From assembly GCA_043816965.1 (NCBI GenBank), contig JBDRHK010000031.1, positions 1-41,513 on the forward strand: a stretch of DNA of 41,513 bases. Direction: 5' to 3'. The DNA comes from Candidatus Iainarchaeum sp. Lineage in GTDB: Archaea > Iainarchaeota > Iainarchaeia > Iainarchaeales > JAFCCJ01. The notes under the pieces were generated by a model. The model was given only the letters and a program-made list of their open reading frames with translations. It did no database searches and had not been told where the DNA came from. Position numbers and translations under genes: made by a program. Below, one piece after another: positions 19,097 through 27,537 of this stretch. Position 1 is the first letter of the stretch. Each line of letters starts with the position of its first letter.

Positions 19097-19327
19097 ATGG
19101 AAAACACATACAAAATGTTTGTTAAGTCGGCATTTTTCTTTACTGTTGGCGTTATCCTCGCGTCCCTGTTTGCATGGACATTAGTTACAGGGATCTTAGC
19201 CCATATTGGGGGAGATTCCACCCTAGCATTCTCCCTTTATTTCGTCGCTTGGCTCTCAGGAATTGCTGCATTGAGCCTGTATTGGCAGGCAAAGAACCTT
19301 TTCCATTACGCGAAAATTTCTGAGTAA
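19097..19327 (+). CDS. Small 2-TM membrane protein (paralogue of 8431-8682)
   Basis: Two hydrophobic helices and shared AFxxYFVA and AKxxFxxAxxSE motifs. Confidence 0.7.
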   Translation: MENTYKMFVKSAFFFTVGVILASLFAWTLVTGILAHIGGDSTLAFSLYFVAWLSGIAALSLYWQAKNLFHYAKISE

Positions 19328-19329
19328 AA

Positions 19330-19545
19330 TTAGCTCTTTAGATCCTTTTTTGGTTTGGCCTTCTCATCAGCCTCACCATAAAATACCTCATCAAATTCCT
19401 CTATATCCTCTTCCTCTAGGCCCAGCCCCTTAAGCTTCTCATTGTGGTCTTCAACAGTCATCTGGTCAAATTCCTCCCTCCAAATTTTGTCTTCCGGTTT
19501 TTCAGGGAGCGGGCGCCCTTCTTTCTTTCTTCCACCTATCGCCAT
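19330..19545 (-). CDS. Small highly charged hypothetical protein
   Basis: 71-aa ORF filling the gap between convergent and divergent neighbours. Confidence 0.55.
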   Translation of the reverse strand: MAIGGRKKEGRPLPEKPEDKIWREEFDQMTVEDHNEKLKGLGLEEEDIEEFDEVFYGEADEKAKPKKDLKS

Positions 19546-19628
19546 AAGAAAATTCTGTCAGCAAAAACTTTATTAAAATTACCGCTGCCGCCATCAAACT
19601 TATTAACCCGAAAAGCACACCTATTCAT

Positions 19629-20486
19629 ATGGTGTCTGAAGAAAAGATGGCGGAAGAACAGGCTGACCAGGTGAAACGATTCACGCAGGAATTGGTTATT
19701 GCCGGCTATTCTCCGAGAACGGTTGAGATGTATGTGCTCTATGTAAGGGCGTTTCTAAAGTTTCTTAAAAAAGATGCTGATAAGGCGGAACGATCAGACG
19801 TTGTTTCGTTCCTCGCTGAGATGAAGGAGGAGAAGCATTCCTCCAACGCAACCCTCGCCCTTGTACACGCATCATTAAAATTCTTTTTCCATAATTTTCT
19901 GAGGAAGAAAATTATTGAGGAAATTCGCGTCCCTAAACGGGCAAAAAAGCTGCCGACTGTTCTCACTAAATACGAAATAAAGGATTTATTCAAGGCGGCA
20001 GGCGCCGGGCGAAATCGTTTGGTTCTTGAGTTCCTCTATTCCTCCGGAGTTCGTGTAAGTGAGGCAGTTAAAATTAGTGTTGATGATTTGGATCTGCGGG
20101 AGCACATTGCGAGAGTTAGAGGGGGTAAGGGAAACAAAGACAGGGTAATAATTCTCTCAACGCAATGGGTTAAGGATTTGAAAAAGTATTTGAAACATAA
20201 GAAAATTAAAAGCGAATATGTTTTCTCAAAAAAGAACGGGAAACCAATTTCAGTTGACACTATCCAGAGAATAATTCGTGAGGCCGCTAAGAAATCTGAT
20301 ATTAGAAAACACGTCACCCCCCACTCCATGCGCCACTCTTTTGCAACCCACCTTCTCGAATCAGGGGAGAATATCAGGAAAATCCAGGAGTTGCTCGGGC
20401 ATAGCAACCTATCCACCACCCAGATTTACACCCAGGTTTCAACTGAGGAGTTAAAGAAGGTTAAGTCCCCTTTTGATTCGATGTGA
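19629..20486 (+). CDS. xerA: XerA-type tyrosine recombinase
   Basis: N-terminal YSPRTVEMY, then catalytic R (GVRVSE), K (GKGNK), HxxR (HSMRH), LGH and Y (TQIYT). Confidence 0.88.
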   Translation: MVSEEKMAEEQADQVKRFTQELVIAGYSPRTVEMYVLYVRAFLKFLKKDADKAERSDVVSFLAEMKEEKHSSNATLALVHASLKFFFHNFLRKKIIEEIRVPKRAKKLPTVLTKYEIKDLFKAAGAGRNRLVLEFLYSSGVRVSEAVKISVDDLDLREHIARVRGGKGNKDRVIILSTQWVKDLKKYLKHKKIKSEYVFSKKNGKPISVDTIQRIIREAAKKSDIRKHVTPHSMRHSFATHLLESGENIRKIQELLGHSNLSTTQIYTQVSTEELKKVKSPFDSM

Positions 20487-20656
20487 GGGGGGCCTTACTT
20501 CCACTACTTCACTTTAAATTATGTATCTCCCTACTTCAATTTCGTTTCCCTTTAAAATTCAAACAACCAATTATGTAGAATTAGCCCTAAACCTAAAGAT
20601 TTAAATAGTTGAAGCCACTTATTAATTTAGATTTTCAAAATTGGGGGGTGATTGTG

Positions 20657-20938
20657 ATGACTGTGAGACTATCAAAACTTTTCGGAATGGACATCTATAC
20701 CAACGACGGAGACTATAAGGGGAAGGTTTTTGATTTGGTGATTAACCTTGAAAAGGGCAGGTTAGAGACTATAACAACTGAGGCCCTTAAAGCCAGGTCA
20801 AAACAAGAGGCTAAGAAGATAATAAATGAGAAAAGCATCCCTTACAAAAATGTCAAGGCAGTAAAAGACATTGTTGTTGTTAGTACTTCTAAGCAGGCAG
20901 ATGAAGAGCCAGATCCACACGCAAGAAGGCGCCATTAG
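20657..20938 (+). CDS. PRC-barrel domain protein (possible CdpB-like cell-division factor)
   Basis: RLSKLFGMDIYTNDGDYKGKVFDLVINLEKG...IPYKNVKAVKDIVVV is the archaeal PRC-barrel pattern. Confidence 0.85.
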   Translation: MTVRLSKLFGMDIYTNDGDYKGKVFDLVINLEKGRLETITTEALKARSKQEAKKIINEKSIPYKNVKAVKDIVVVSTSKQADEEPDPHARRRH

Positions 20939-21075
20939 CCGCCTTTCCTGCCTTCTTTTTCTAATTTTTAACCTAAACACTAGTTAGTTTTAAATTAATT
21001 TCTTATGTATTAGTATTATACATAAGCATTGTTTAGATTATAGAGAGAGTATTAGTGGAAGTGCGGGGTGTTTAA

Positions 21076-21654
21076 TTGGTTTCAAAAGGCTTTTTTATCC
21101 AATATAAATTTATTCTTCCTGAAACCATCAAGCACGCATCTTACACCTACCAAAAACTTTTCCGCGCAATTTATGGCTACACGCAAAACGTAACAAAATC
21201 CAACGGAAAAACATACCACTACCACCGTAAAGGGGTACTCTCAGACATTCCTTACCTTAGGCCAGGTAAGAATTGTGTTATAATTCCAAAAGAGGCGTTT
21301 AACCCCTTAGTTAGTTTTTTCAAAACCGGGAGAAACCCAACACATTACTGGAGGGGCAAGGGCGACTGGAAAGCAGTCTATTACATGGATGAAAAGAACC
21401 TTGAGAATGATGCAATTATCAAGGCATTGGAAGGGCTTCTCAATAGGAGCTTTGTTCTGACAACCTCTAATGAACACGAAACCATTTATGAGGAAATGCT
21501 AGCGTCTTCTGGGGGCGTAACTGATAAAAACTACAAAAAAATCCTCCTTGACGAATCTGAAAAAATAGTCTCCTTAGAATGGTTTAGGGAGAACTATTCA
21601 AAATCCTCAAAACTAGTCAAATTCTACCAAGCCCACAAGGCATTGAAAGCCTAA
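21076..21654 (+). CDS. Hypothetical protein
   Basis: 192-aa ORF with TTG start after a GGGGTG site. Contains an FRAIYGY...YHRKGVLSDIP segment. Confidence 0.7.
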   Translation: MVSKGFFIQYKFILPETIKHASYTYQKLFRAIYGYTQNVTKSNGKTYHYHRKGVLSDIPYLRPGKNCVIIPKEAFNPLVSFFKTGRNPTHYWRGKGDWKAVYYMDEKNLENDAIIKALEGLLNRSFVLTTSNEHETIYEEMLASSGGVTDKNYKKILLDESEKIVSLEWFRENYSKSSKLVKFYQAHKALKA

Positions 21655-22091
21655 TTAGATTTCTTCTTTTCCGTACTTTCAGATGTTGCCTTGCTTGTTT
21701 CCTTATCTGCGGATTTCTCCTTCTTCCCTGATTTAATTTTTATAAGCAAATCCCTCTTCCTCCATTTTTTCTTACCCCCGGCACTGGTTGATTCCAATAG
21801 GCCTAGATCAACCATGGTCTTAATATATGGGTAGAGGCTCCGCTCATTCTTATATTCAATCCCAAAAAGCTCGAGAATCCTTCGCCTAATCTCATCCATA
21901 GAAACCCATTCTTCAAAACCAACAACACTTGAAATATGAAACGCCTGGGTGTGGTCAAGAAGGGAGAGATAATCCCAAATAGTGTGGATTTCCTCAACCA
22001 CCTCTTCTTCATGATCATAAATTTTCTGCGGCTGTTCTGGCTTCTCTAGCCCTAGTAAATATTTAAGCCTAGTCAGTAATAAAGAAAGCAT
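21651..22091 (-). CDS. Winged-helix DNA-binding protein
   Basis: WVSMDEIRRRI...SLYPYIKTMVDLGLLES..GGKKKWR pattern with a basic tail. Start uncertain (22091 or 22112). Confidence 0.7.
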   Translation of the reverse strand: MLSLLLTRLKYLLGLEKPEQPQKIYDHEEEVVEEIHTIWDYLSLLDHTQAFHISSVVGFEEWVSMDEIRRRILELFGIEYKNERSLYPYIKTMVDLGLLESTSAGGKKKWRKRDLLIKIKSGKKEKSADKETSKATSESTEKKKSN

Positions 22092-22119
22092 TTGAATCAC
22101 TTTTGTAATCAATATTATG

Positions 22120-22174
22120 GTAGTAATTACTTAAATACTTTACCTTAACGACCTAAAAAGAGGGTAATTACTAC
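22120..22174. promoter_or_regulatory. Paired palindromic boxes flanking the promoter of the wHTH gene
   Basis: GTAGTAATTAC (22120-22130) and its exact reverse complement GTAATTACTAC (22164-22174). Each contains the palindrome GTAATTAC. Confidence 0.5.
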
Positions 22175-22234
22175 GGTATTTCCGTCTATCGCCTAAAAAA
22201 CAGGGCGGGTGCTGGCTAAATGTGTGAAATTAGA

Positions 22235-22441
22235 GGAAAATGCTGCAAAAAGTGAGTGGTATTTTGAGGGCTAAAACCCCTAAAAATTATTTTTTAGTTA
22301 AAAGTGAGTGTATTTTGGCCTAAAATACAGAATACGCGCTCTAGCGGCTAAAAAGTGAGTAGTTGAAACAGAAGAAAATAGGGGGCGTGGGAAAATGCTG
22401 CAAAAAGTGAGTGTAAATAAATGTAAAAAACAAGGGGCGTG
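22235..22441. repeat. Phased degenerate direct repeats (~52-bp period), core AAAAGTGAGT
   Basis: GTGAGT cores start at 22252, 22304, 22355 and 22407. The 24-mer GGAAAATGCTGCAAAAAGTGAGTG is exact at 22235 and 22390. Confidence 0.8.
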
Positions 22442-22479
22442 AAAAAAGTATAGAAACATCCGGGAAAAGTAAGGAGGTA

Positions 22480-22554
22480 TAGCGAGAGGAGGATTTGAAC
22501 CTCCGACCTTCGGGTTATGAGCCCGACGGGCACTCCTGGCTGCCCCATCTCGCT
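22480..22554 (-). tRNA. tRNA-Met(CAT), initiator
   Basis: AGCGAGATGGGGCAGCCAGGAGTGCCCGTCGGGCTCATAACCCGAAGGTCGGAGGTTCAAATCCTCCTCTCGCTA: A1-T72 pair, three consecutive G-C pairs in the anticodon stem, no intron. Confidence 0.95.
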
Positions 22555-22708
22555 GTTATTATTACATATGTAATGGTTTTTTATTGAAATCCATTAAATT
22601 ATTCCAGGTATTTCACAGTAAATTGGCAAATAGAATTGAAATAATGCGTTTCGGGAGGGGGCAACATCTTTGGGTGAAAAAAAGCAAACTGTCCAAGATT
22701 TTGTGTTT

Positions 22709-23242
22709 TTAGACGATCTTTCCAAGCTCCAATGCCTCCTGTTTCATAATATCTATCCTTTTATTCAGGAGCGAGACCTGCTTTTTGTTATCTATGGAAC
22801 CTAATGCCTTTCCGCATTCAGGGCATTTAAACACATATTCTGCGGCAATTTCAAAAGGAAAGCTACTACACCCCTTTTTACAGGCAAAAAAGGAGTATGT
22901 TGATTCAAAATTCATCTGCGCCTCCAATTTTTTGATTTTTTCAGCTTGCTGCTCAAGAATGAGCTCAGCAATCCGTCCTGACCGGATCTCCCAAGTATAT
23001 GAATACCACCCAGTTTTATTGTTCCTGGTCTTCTGATAGCAGGCAATCCCCCTATAATGGAGCCTGTTAAGGATGGTTCTAATTTCAGTTATTTTCAGAG
23101 GGAGTTTTTTCCCTATTTCCTCATCAGTTACTGCCTTCTTCTTTTTGTCCACAATCTGGACAAGATCTACTGCAAACTTACCTCCAACAGTCTCAAGAAA
23201 TTCTTTTGTAATTAAAAAGTTGACAACGTTTATCTTTCCCAT
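22709..23242 (-). CDS. tfe: Transcription factor E, alpha subunit
   Basis: TDEEIGKKL...IRTILNRL...GWYSYTW winged helix plus a CxxxC...CPECG zinc ribbon. Confidence 0.88.
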   Translation of the reverse strand: MGKINVVNFLITKEFLETVGGKFAVDLVQIVDKKKKAVTDEEIGKKLPLKITEIRTILNRLHYRGIACYQKTRNNKTGWYSYTWEIRSGRIAELILEQQAEKIKKLEAQMNFESTYSFFACKKGCSSFPFEIAAEYVFKCPECGKALGSIDNKKQVSLLNKRIDIMKQEALELGKIV

Positions 23243-23284
23243 ATTAACTTCTCTTTGATAAACAAATAAAAACAGATTCCTAAT

Positions 23285-23809
23285 TTAGCTCTTAATTACT
23301 CGTTTCCCTTTCTTTTCAGGAACGATTTCCACCTTCGCGCCCTTAAATTTCAATTCTAACTCATTCCCCTGAAAATATTCGTGCAGGAAAACGGCAAGTG
23401 CCGCAATTTCAGAATGTGGTTGTGTGGTGACTGAAATATTAAAATCAGCCAGTTCATAAACTTCCTTCACAACTTTTTGGCTGCCTAAAATCAAAAGCAC
23501 CTTATTTCCCCTAATTTTCCCAATCTTCTTCTGTAATGGCTCACCATACATCGTTGCATGAACCGCCAAATAGCCCTGTTTTTGGTATTTTTTAACAACC
23601 TTTCTCCAGGAATCCACAAACTCAACTGCAAACTTCCCGCCCCATTTATCTCTAATCCGGGAAATCCCATCAATAATTGACTCATCCTCTGCTCCCTGGA
23701 TAATTATCCTCTTCGCGCCAAATGCCCTGGCCACAAGGCCACAATGGGTGGTAACCCTATAGTCCCTGACAATGCGGTGGCCATATCTTAGTACAATAAC
23801 CTCTTCCAT
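23285..23809 (-). CDS. trm56: tRNA (cytidine-56-2'-O)-methyltransferase
   Basis: VLRYGHRIVRDYRVTTHCGLVARAFGA, HATMYG, GSQKV, QPHSEIAALAVFL. Confidence 0.95.
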   Translation of the reverse strand: MEEVIVLRYGHRIVRDYRVTTHCGLVARAFGAKRIIIQGAEDESIIDGISRIRDKWGGKFAVEFVDSWRKVVKKYQKQGYLAVHATMYGEPLQKKIGKIRGNKVLLILGSQKVVKEVYELADFNISVTTQPHSEIAALAVFLHEYFQGNELELKFKGAKVEIVPEKKGKRVIKS

Positions 23810-23873
23810 AAGGGAATATTGCCCTCACTTAAATTTAAATTGATTCCTTACCCAATTCTTCTTCGGTGAGCAA

Positions 23874-25157
23874 GTGTTAGATATCAACCTTTTGAGGGAG
23901 AACCCTAAAACAGTCCTTGATGATTTGAGGAAAAGGGGAGACGAGGAAAAAGAGAAATGGGTAGATGAGGCCGTAAAAAAAGACGAAGAATACAGGAAAC
24001 TTCTCCAAGACTCCCAGCAGCTGAGGAAGAAAAGAAATGAGATTACTTCTGAAATTGACAAACTGCGCAGGGAGAAGAAAGACACAAAAAAAAAGATTGA
24101 GGAAGCAAAAAAAATCCCTGCCCAAATTAAAGAACTCGAGAAGAAAACCGCCGCCCTGAAAGAGAGAATTAATTTCCTCCTTATGCGCCTGCCAAACATA
24201 ATGCATAAGTCAGTCCCTGTTGGAAAGGACGATTCTGAAAATGTTGAGATTAAGAAATGGGGGAAGCCTGTTAAACCAAAATTCAAGATGAAACCCCATG
24301 GGGAATTCCTGCAGGAAAACGGCCTTGCAGATTTCGAGCGTGCGGCAAAAGTTTCCGGCACAGGATTCTATTTCCTTATGGGTGACCTTGCCCTGCTTGA
24401 ACAGGCAATAACCCAATTTGCAATAAAACATTTAGTGAAGAAGGGATATACTTTGGTTGAACCCCCCCTGATGATAAGGAGGGAGGCATATGAAACAGTG
24501 ACTGATTTGGGTGATTTTGAAAGTGTTATGTATAAAATTGATGGGGAAGACCTCTACCTAATCGCAACTTCCGAGCATCCAATGGGCGCAATGTACATGA
24601 ATGAGATTATTGATGAGGACAAACTCCCCATAAAGTTCGCAGGAATTTCCCCTTGTTTTAGGAAGGAGATTGGCGCCCATGGTGTCGACACCAGAGGAAT
24701 CTTTAGAGTACATCAATTCAACAAGATTGAGCAATTCATTTTCTCAAAACCTGAAGATTCCTGGAAACTCCATGAGGAACTCCTGAAAAACGCAGAGGAA
24801 ATCTTTCAGGCGCTTGAAATCCCTTACCGCGTCGTATCTATCTGTACAGGCGATATTGGGACAGTTGCTGCAAAGAAGTACGACATTGAGGCATGGATGC
24901 CAAGAGAGGGAGAGTATAAGGAAGTTGTGAGCTGTAGCAACTGCACAGCATACCAGGCGGTCAGGGGAAACATAAAAATCCGCAGGAAAAACGGAGATAA
25001 GGAATATGCCCACACCCTGAATTCAACCGCAATTGCAACATCCCGCGCAATAAGGGCAATAGTTGAAAACTTCCAGGAAGAAGACGGAAGAATAAGAATC
25101 CCAAAAGCCCTGCAGCATTACATGGATGGGAAAGAGTTTATTGGCGGGAAGAAATAG
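23874..25157 (+). CDS. serS: Seryl-tRNA synthetase
   Basis: MLDINLLRENP, coiled-coil arm, LIATSEH, CFRKEIG..G.DTRGIFRVHQF, SCSNCT, HTLNSTAIA. Confidence 0.97.
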   Translation: MLDINLLRENPKTVLDDLRKRGDEEKEKWVDEAVKKDEEYRKLLQDSQQLRKKRNEITSEIDKLRREKKDTKKKIEEAKKIPAQIKELEKKTAALKERINFLLMRLPNIMHKSVPVGKDDSENVEIKKWGKPVKPKFKMKPHGEFLQENGLADFERAAKVSGTGFYFLMGDLALLEQAITQFAIKHLVKKGYTLVEPPLMIRREAYETVTDLGDFESVMYKIDGEDLYLIATSEHPMGAMYMNEIIDEDKLPIKFAGISPCFRKEIGAHGVDTRGIFRVHQFNKIEQFIFSKPEDSWKLHEELLKNAEEIFQALEIPYRVVSICTGDIGTVAAKKYDIEAWMPREGEYKEVVSCSNCTAYQAVRGNIKIRRKNGDKEYAHTLNSTAIATSRAIRAIVENFQEEDGRIRIPKALQHYMDGKEFIGGKK

Positions 25158-25183
25158 CGTTACTCCCTTAATGAGGCCATCGA

Positions 25184-25564
25184 ATGGACAAGCAAATAAA
25201 AAAAATCCCCTCAATTAAAGAACTTGAAGACAGATTGGCCCAAATACTAGATGGCCTAGCATATTATGATTTCCATCTTAAGGCGAAAAGATTGGTCGAA
25301 AATAAGCCGGTCTTCGAATTAATAGATAACTTTGCGGATACATTACTTGAACTTAGGGATAAAGGAAGAAATGTAAGGATTGACCTTACACACTGGTCAC
25401 CACAACTTGTTACTGCATTAGAATTAAATGAAAAGGTCGGGCACCAGATTTCTCAAATGAACTTAAAAGTAAAATTATTAGAAAAACGCGAAAGACAAAA
25501 TGCAGAGGCCTTCTGGAAAAAAAAGCCAAGGAAAATAGGCAGAAGTCACTTTCCTAAAAAATGA
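25184..25564 (+). CDS. Hypothetical protein with basic C-terminus
   Basis: 126-aa ORF between serS and the tRNA, visibly AT-richer. No recognised motif. Confidence 0.55.
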   Translation: MDKQIKKIPSIKELEDRLAQILDGLAYYDFHLKAKRLVENKPVFELIDNFADTLLELRDKGRNVRIDLTHWSPQLVTALELNEKVGHQISQMNLKVKLLEKRERQNAEAFWKKKPRKIGRSHFPKK

Positions 25565-25668
25565 GAGTAAAACTAAGTGTTCTATAGATGAGATAAATAG
25601 CGCGATTTTCCTCTGAGATTCTATTGGAAAAGATTTAAAATCCCTTGTAAACCCTTTATTGTAGTAAC

Positions 25669-25827
25669 GGGCCCGTAGCTCAGTCTGGCAGAGCAGCGGA
25701 CAGATGCCAGCTTAACCAAATTGATGGTTTTGACTGCTTCTGGCTGAACCTTTTAACAAAAGGCCAGACTGATTAACGTCTTTTGAAAGAAAGCCGCGTG
25801 TCGAGGGTTCGAATCCCTTCGGGCTCG
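25669..25827 (+). tRNA. tRNA-Lys(TTT) with two introns (30/31: 25700-25748; 37/38: 25756-25791)
   Basis: Exons 25669-25699, 25749-25755 (CCTTTTA) and 25792-25827 give a 74-nt cloverleaf with anticodon stem GCGGC/GCCGC and G73. Both introns form BHB motifs. TTTAAAA box at 25634. Confidence 0.92.
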
Positions 25828-25911
25828 TTACACGGCTATCTCCGTGTACACGATGGCCTCCCCTTCGGGAGACCTAGCTCGGCCTAACGGCTTCGCCAAT
25901 AGGTGCCAAGC

Positions 25912-27537
25912 ATGGAAAACAAGGAAAACAGGGAAGCCCATTTCTGGGCAGAGAAAATCGCTGATGACGTGATTAATCGCGAGAAATTTCATTTCACTGG
26001 TGGCAAAATCCCGAAAATGAAGAAATGGACAGTTAAATCCTCTTCCTCCCTCTCCGGCGTTCTCCACATAGGGAGATTAAGTGATCTGATAAGGGGGGAG
26101 GCGGTCACAAGGGCGCTTCAGGAAAAAGGATTTCCTGCGGAATTCATTTATGTAACTGAGGACATGGATCCGTTAAGAAAAGTTCCTGAGGGAGTTCCTA
26201 ACGAATTTGAGAAATACATCGGCTTTCCTGTCAGCGACGTTCCCGATCCTGAAGGATGCCACGAGAGCTATGCAAAGCATTTCCTTGAAAAATTCCTGAA
26301 TGTTGTAAATGAGTTCATGCTAATTGAACCTAAGATTTATTCTATGAGGGAAGAATACAAGAAAGGAAATTTCACAGAACAAATAAAAATCCTGATGAAG
26401 CACGCCGACGAAGTGAAGGAAATAATCGACTCCCAGAAGGACACAAAAACAGAATCTTCATGGGTTCCTTTCAAGCCAATCTGCGAAAACTGCGGAAACC
26501 TCCAGACAACAGAAATCACAAAGGTTGAGGGGGACAAGGTCCATTACGTTTGCAAGGATTACAAATTTGAGAAATTCACGGCAAAAGGCTGCAACTATGA
26601 GGGCGCAACTGACCTAAACAAACCAAGCGGGAAACTTGCATGGAAAAGCGAGTGGGCGGCGCAATGGATGAGATGGAATGTCTGCAGTGAGGGGGCAGGA
26701 AAGGAATATGAATCTAAAAATTCAGCTTTCTGGGTCAATGCAGAAATTTGCGAAAAAATCCTGAAATTCCCAAAACCTGAACCAATTTTCTACGAACACT
26801 TATTGATTGACGGCGTAAAGATGTCCGCCTCTGTGGGAAATGTAGTTTACCCTGCTGACTGGCTAAAGGTCTCAAGGCCAGAAACTTTAAAGTATCTATA
26901 TATGAAAAGAATAAACAAGGCAAGAAGTTTCTCCTGGAAGGAAGTCCCGCTCCTGGAACTGGAATTAGACCGCTCCCTGCTGGCAGACGTTTCTGATAAG
27001 GAAGGGGCAAAAATGAGAAAAGTGGCAGACTATTCCTCAGTCAAAGGGAGAAAATTAATTCCCCTGAAAGCAGACTACTCCACAATATCATTCCTGACGC
27101 AGACAATTCCTGATGGTAAAAAAGTGATTGAAAAACTAAAAGATTTGGGGAAAATTTCCGGAAAAGAATCAAAAGAAGAGATGAATTTCATCACTGAAAG
27201 GATTGATAAATCAAGGGAATGGATTCAGAATTTCGCGCCTGAAGAGGCAAGGTTCACAATACTGGAAACTGTTTCTGATGAGGTGAAAAAGAAACTTAAA
27301 GATAATGAAAAAAAAGCACTTTCCCAAATCCCCGGAATTTTAAAGGAAGGAATCAGCGAGGAGGAGTTGGGCAAGAAACTATTTGATATTGCGAATGAAA
27401 ACAAGATCCCCCCTAAAGAATTCTTCAAAGTATCCTATCTGGTTCTCCTAAACCGGGAGCGGGGCCCCAAATTAGCCACTCTAATCCTCGGAATTGGAAT
27501 TGACCGGTCAAAAGCGATTTTTGGGCAGCTGAAATAA
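25912..27537 (+). CDS. lysS: Class I lysyl-tRNA synthetase
   Basis: HFWAEKIA, SGVLHIG (HIGH-like), DMDPLRKVP, PICENCG, KMSAS (KMSKS-like), RGPKL. AGGTG precedes ATG 25912. Confidence 0.96.
   Translation: MENKENREAHFWAEKIADDVINREKFHFTGGKIPKMKKWTVKSSSSLSGVLHIGRLSDLIRGEAVTRALQEKGFPAEFIYVTEDMDPLRKVPEGVPNEFEKYIGFPVSDVPDPEGCHESYAKHFLEKFLNVVNEFMLIEPKIYSMREEYKKGNFTEQIKILMKHADEVKEIIDSQKDTKTESSWVPFKPICENCGNLQTTEITKVEGDKVHYVCKDYKFEKFTAKGCNYEGATDLNKPSGKLAWKSEWAAQWMRWNVCSEGAGKEYESKNSAFWVNAEICEKILKFPKPEPIFYEHLLIDGVKMSASVGNVVYPADWLKVSRPETLKYLYMKRINKARSFSWKEVPLLELELDRSLLADVSDKEGAKMRKVADYSSVKGRKLIPLKADYSTISFLTQTIPDGKKVIEKLKDLGKISGKESKEEMNFITERIDKSREWIQNFAPEEARFTILETVSDEVKKKLKDNEKKALSQIPGILKEGISEEELGKKLFDIANENKIPPKEFFKVSYLVLLNRERGPKLATLILGIGIDRSKAIFGQLK

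Noticed and set aside
22235..22441. CRISPR array
   Set aside because: The conserved core is only about 10 bp, the intervening sequences are partly related to each other, and no cas genes are recognisable in the window.
19629..22554. Provirus integrated at tRNA-iMet with the recombinase as its integrase
   Set aside because: No duplicated tRNA 3' end was found by eye, there are no viral genes, and the recombinase looks like chromosomal XerA.
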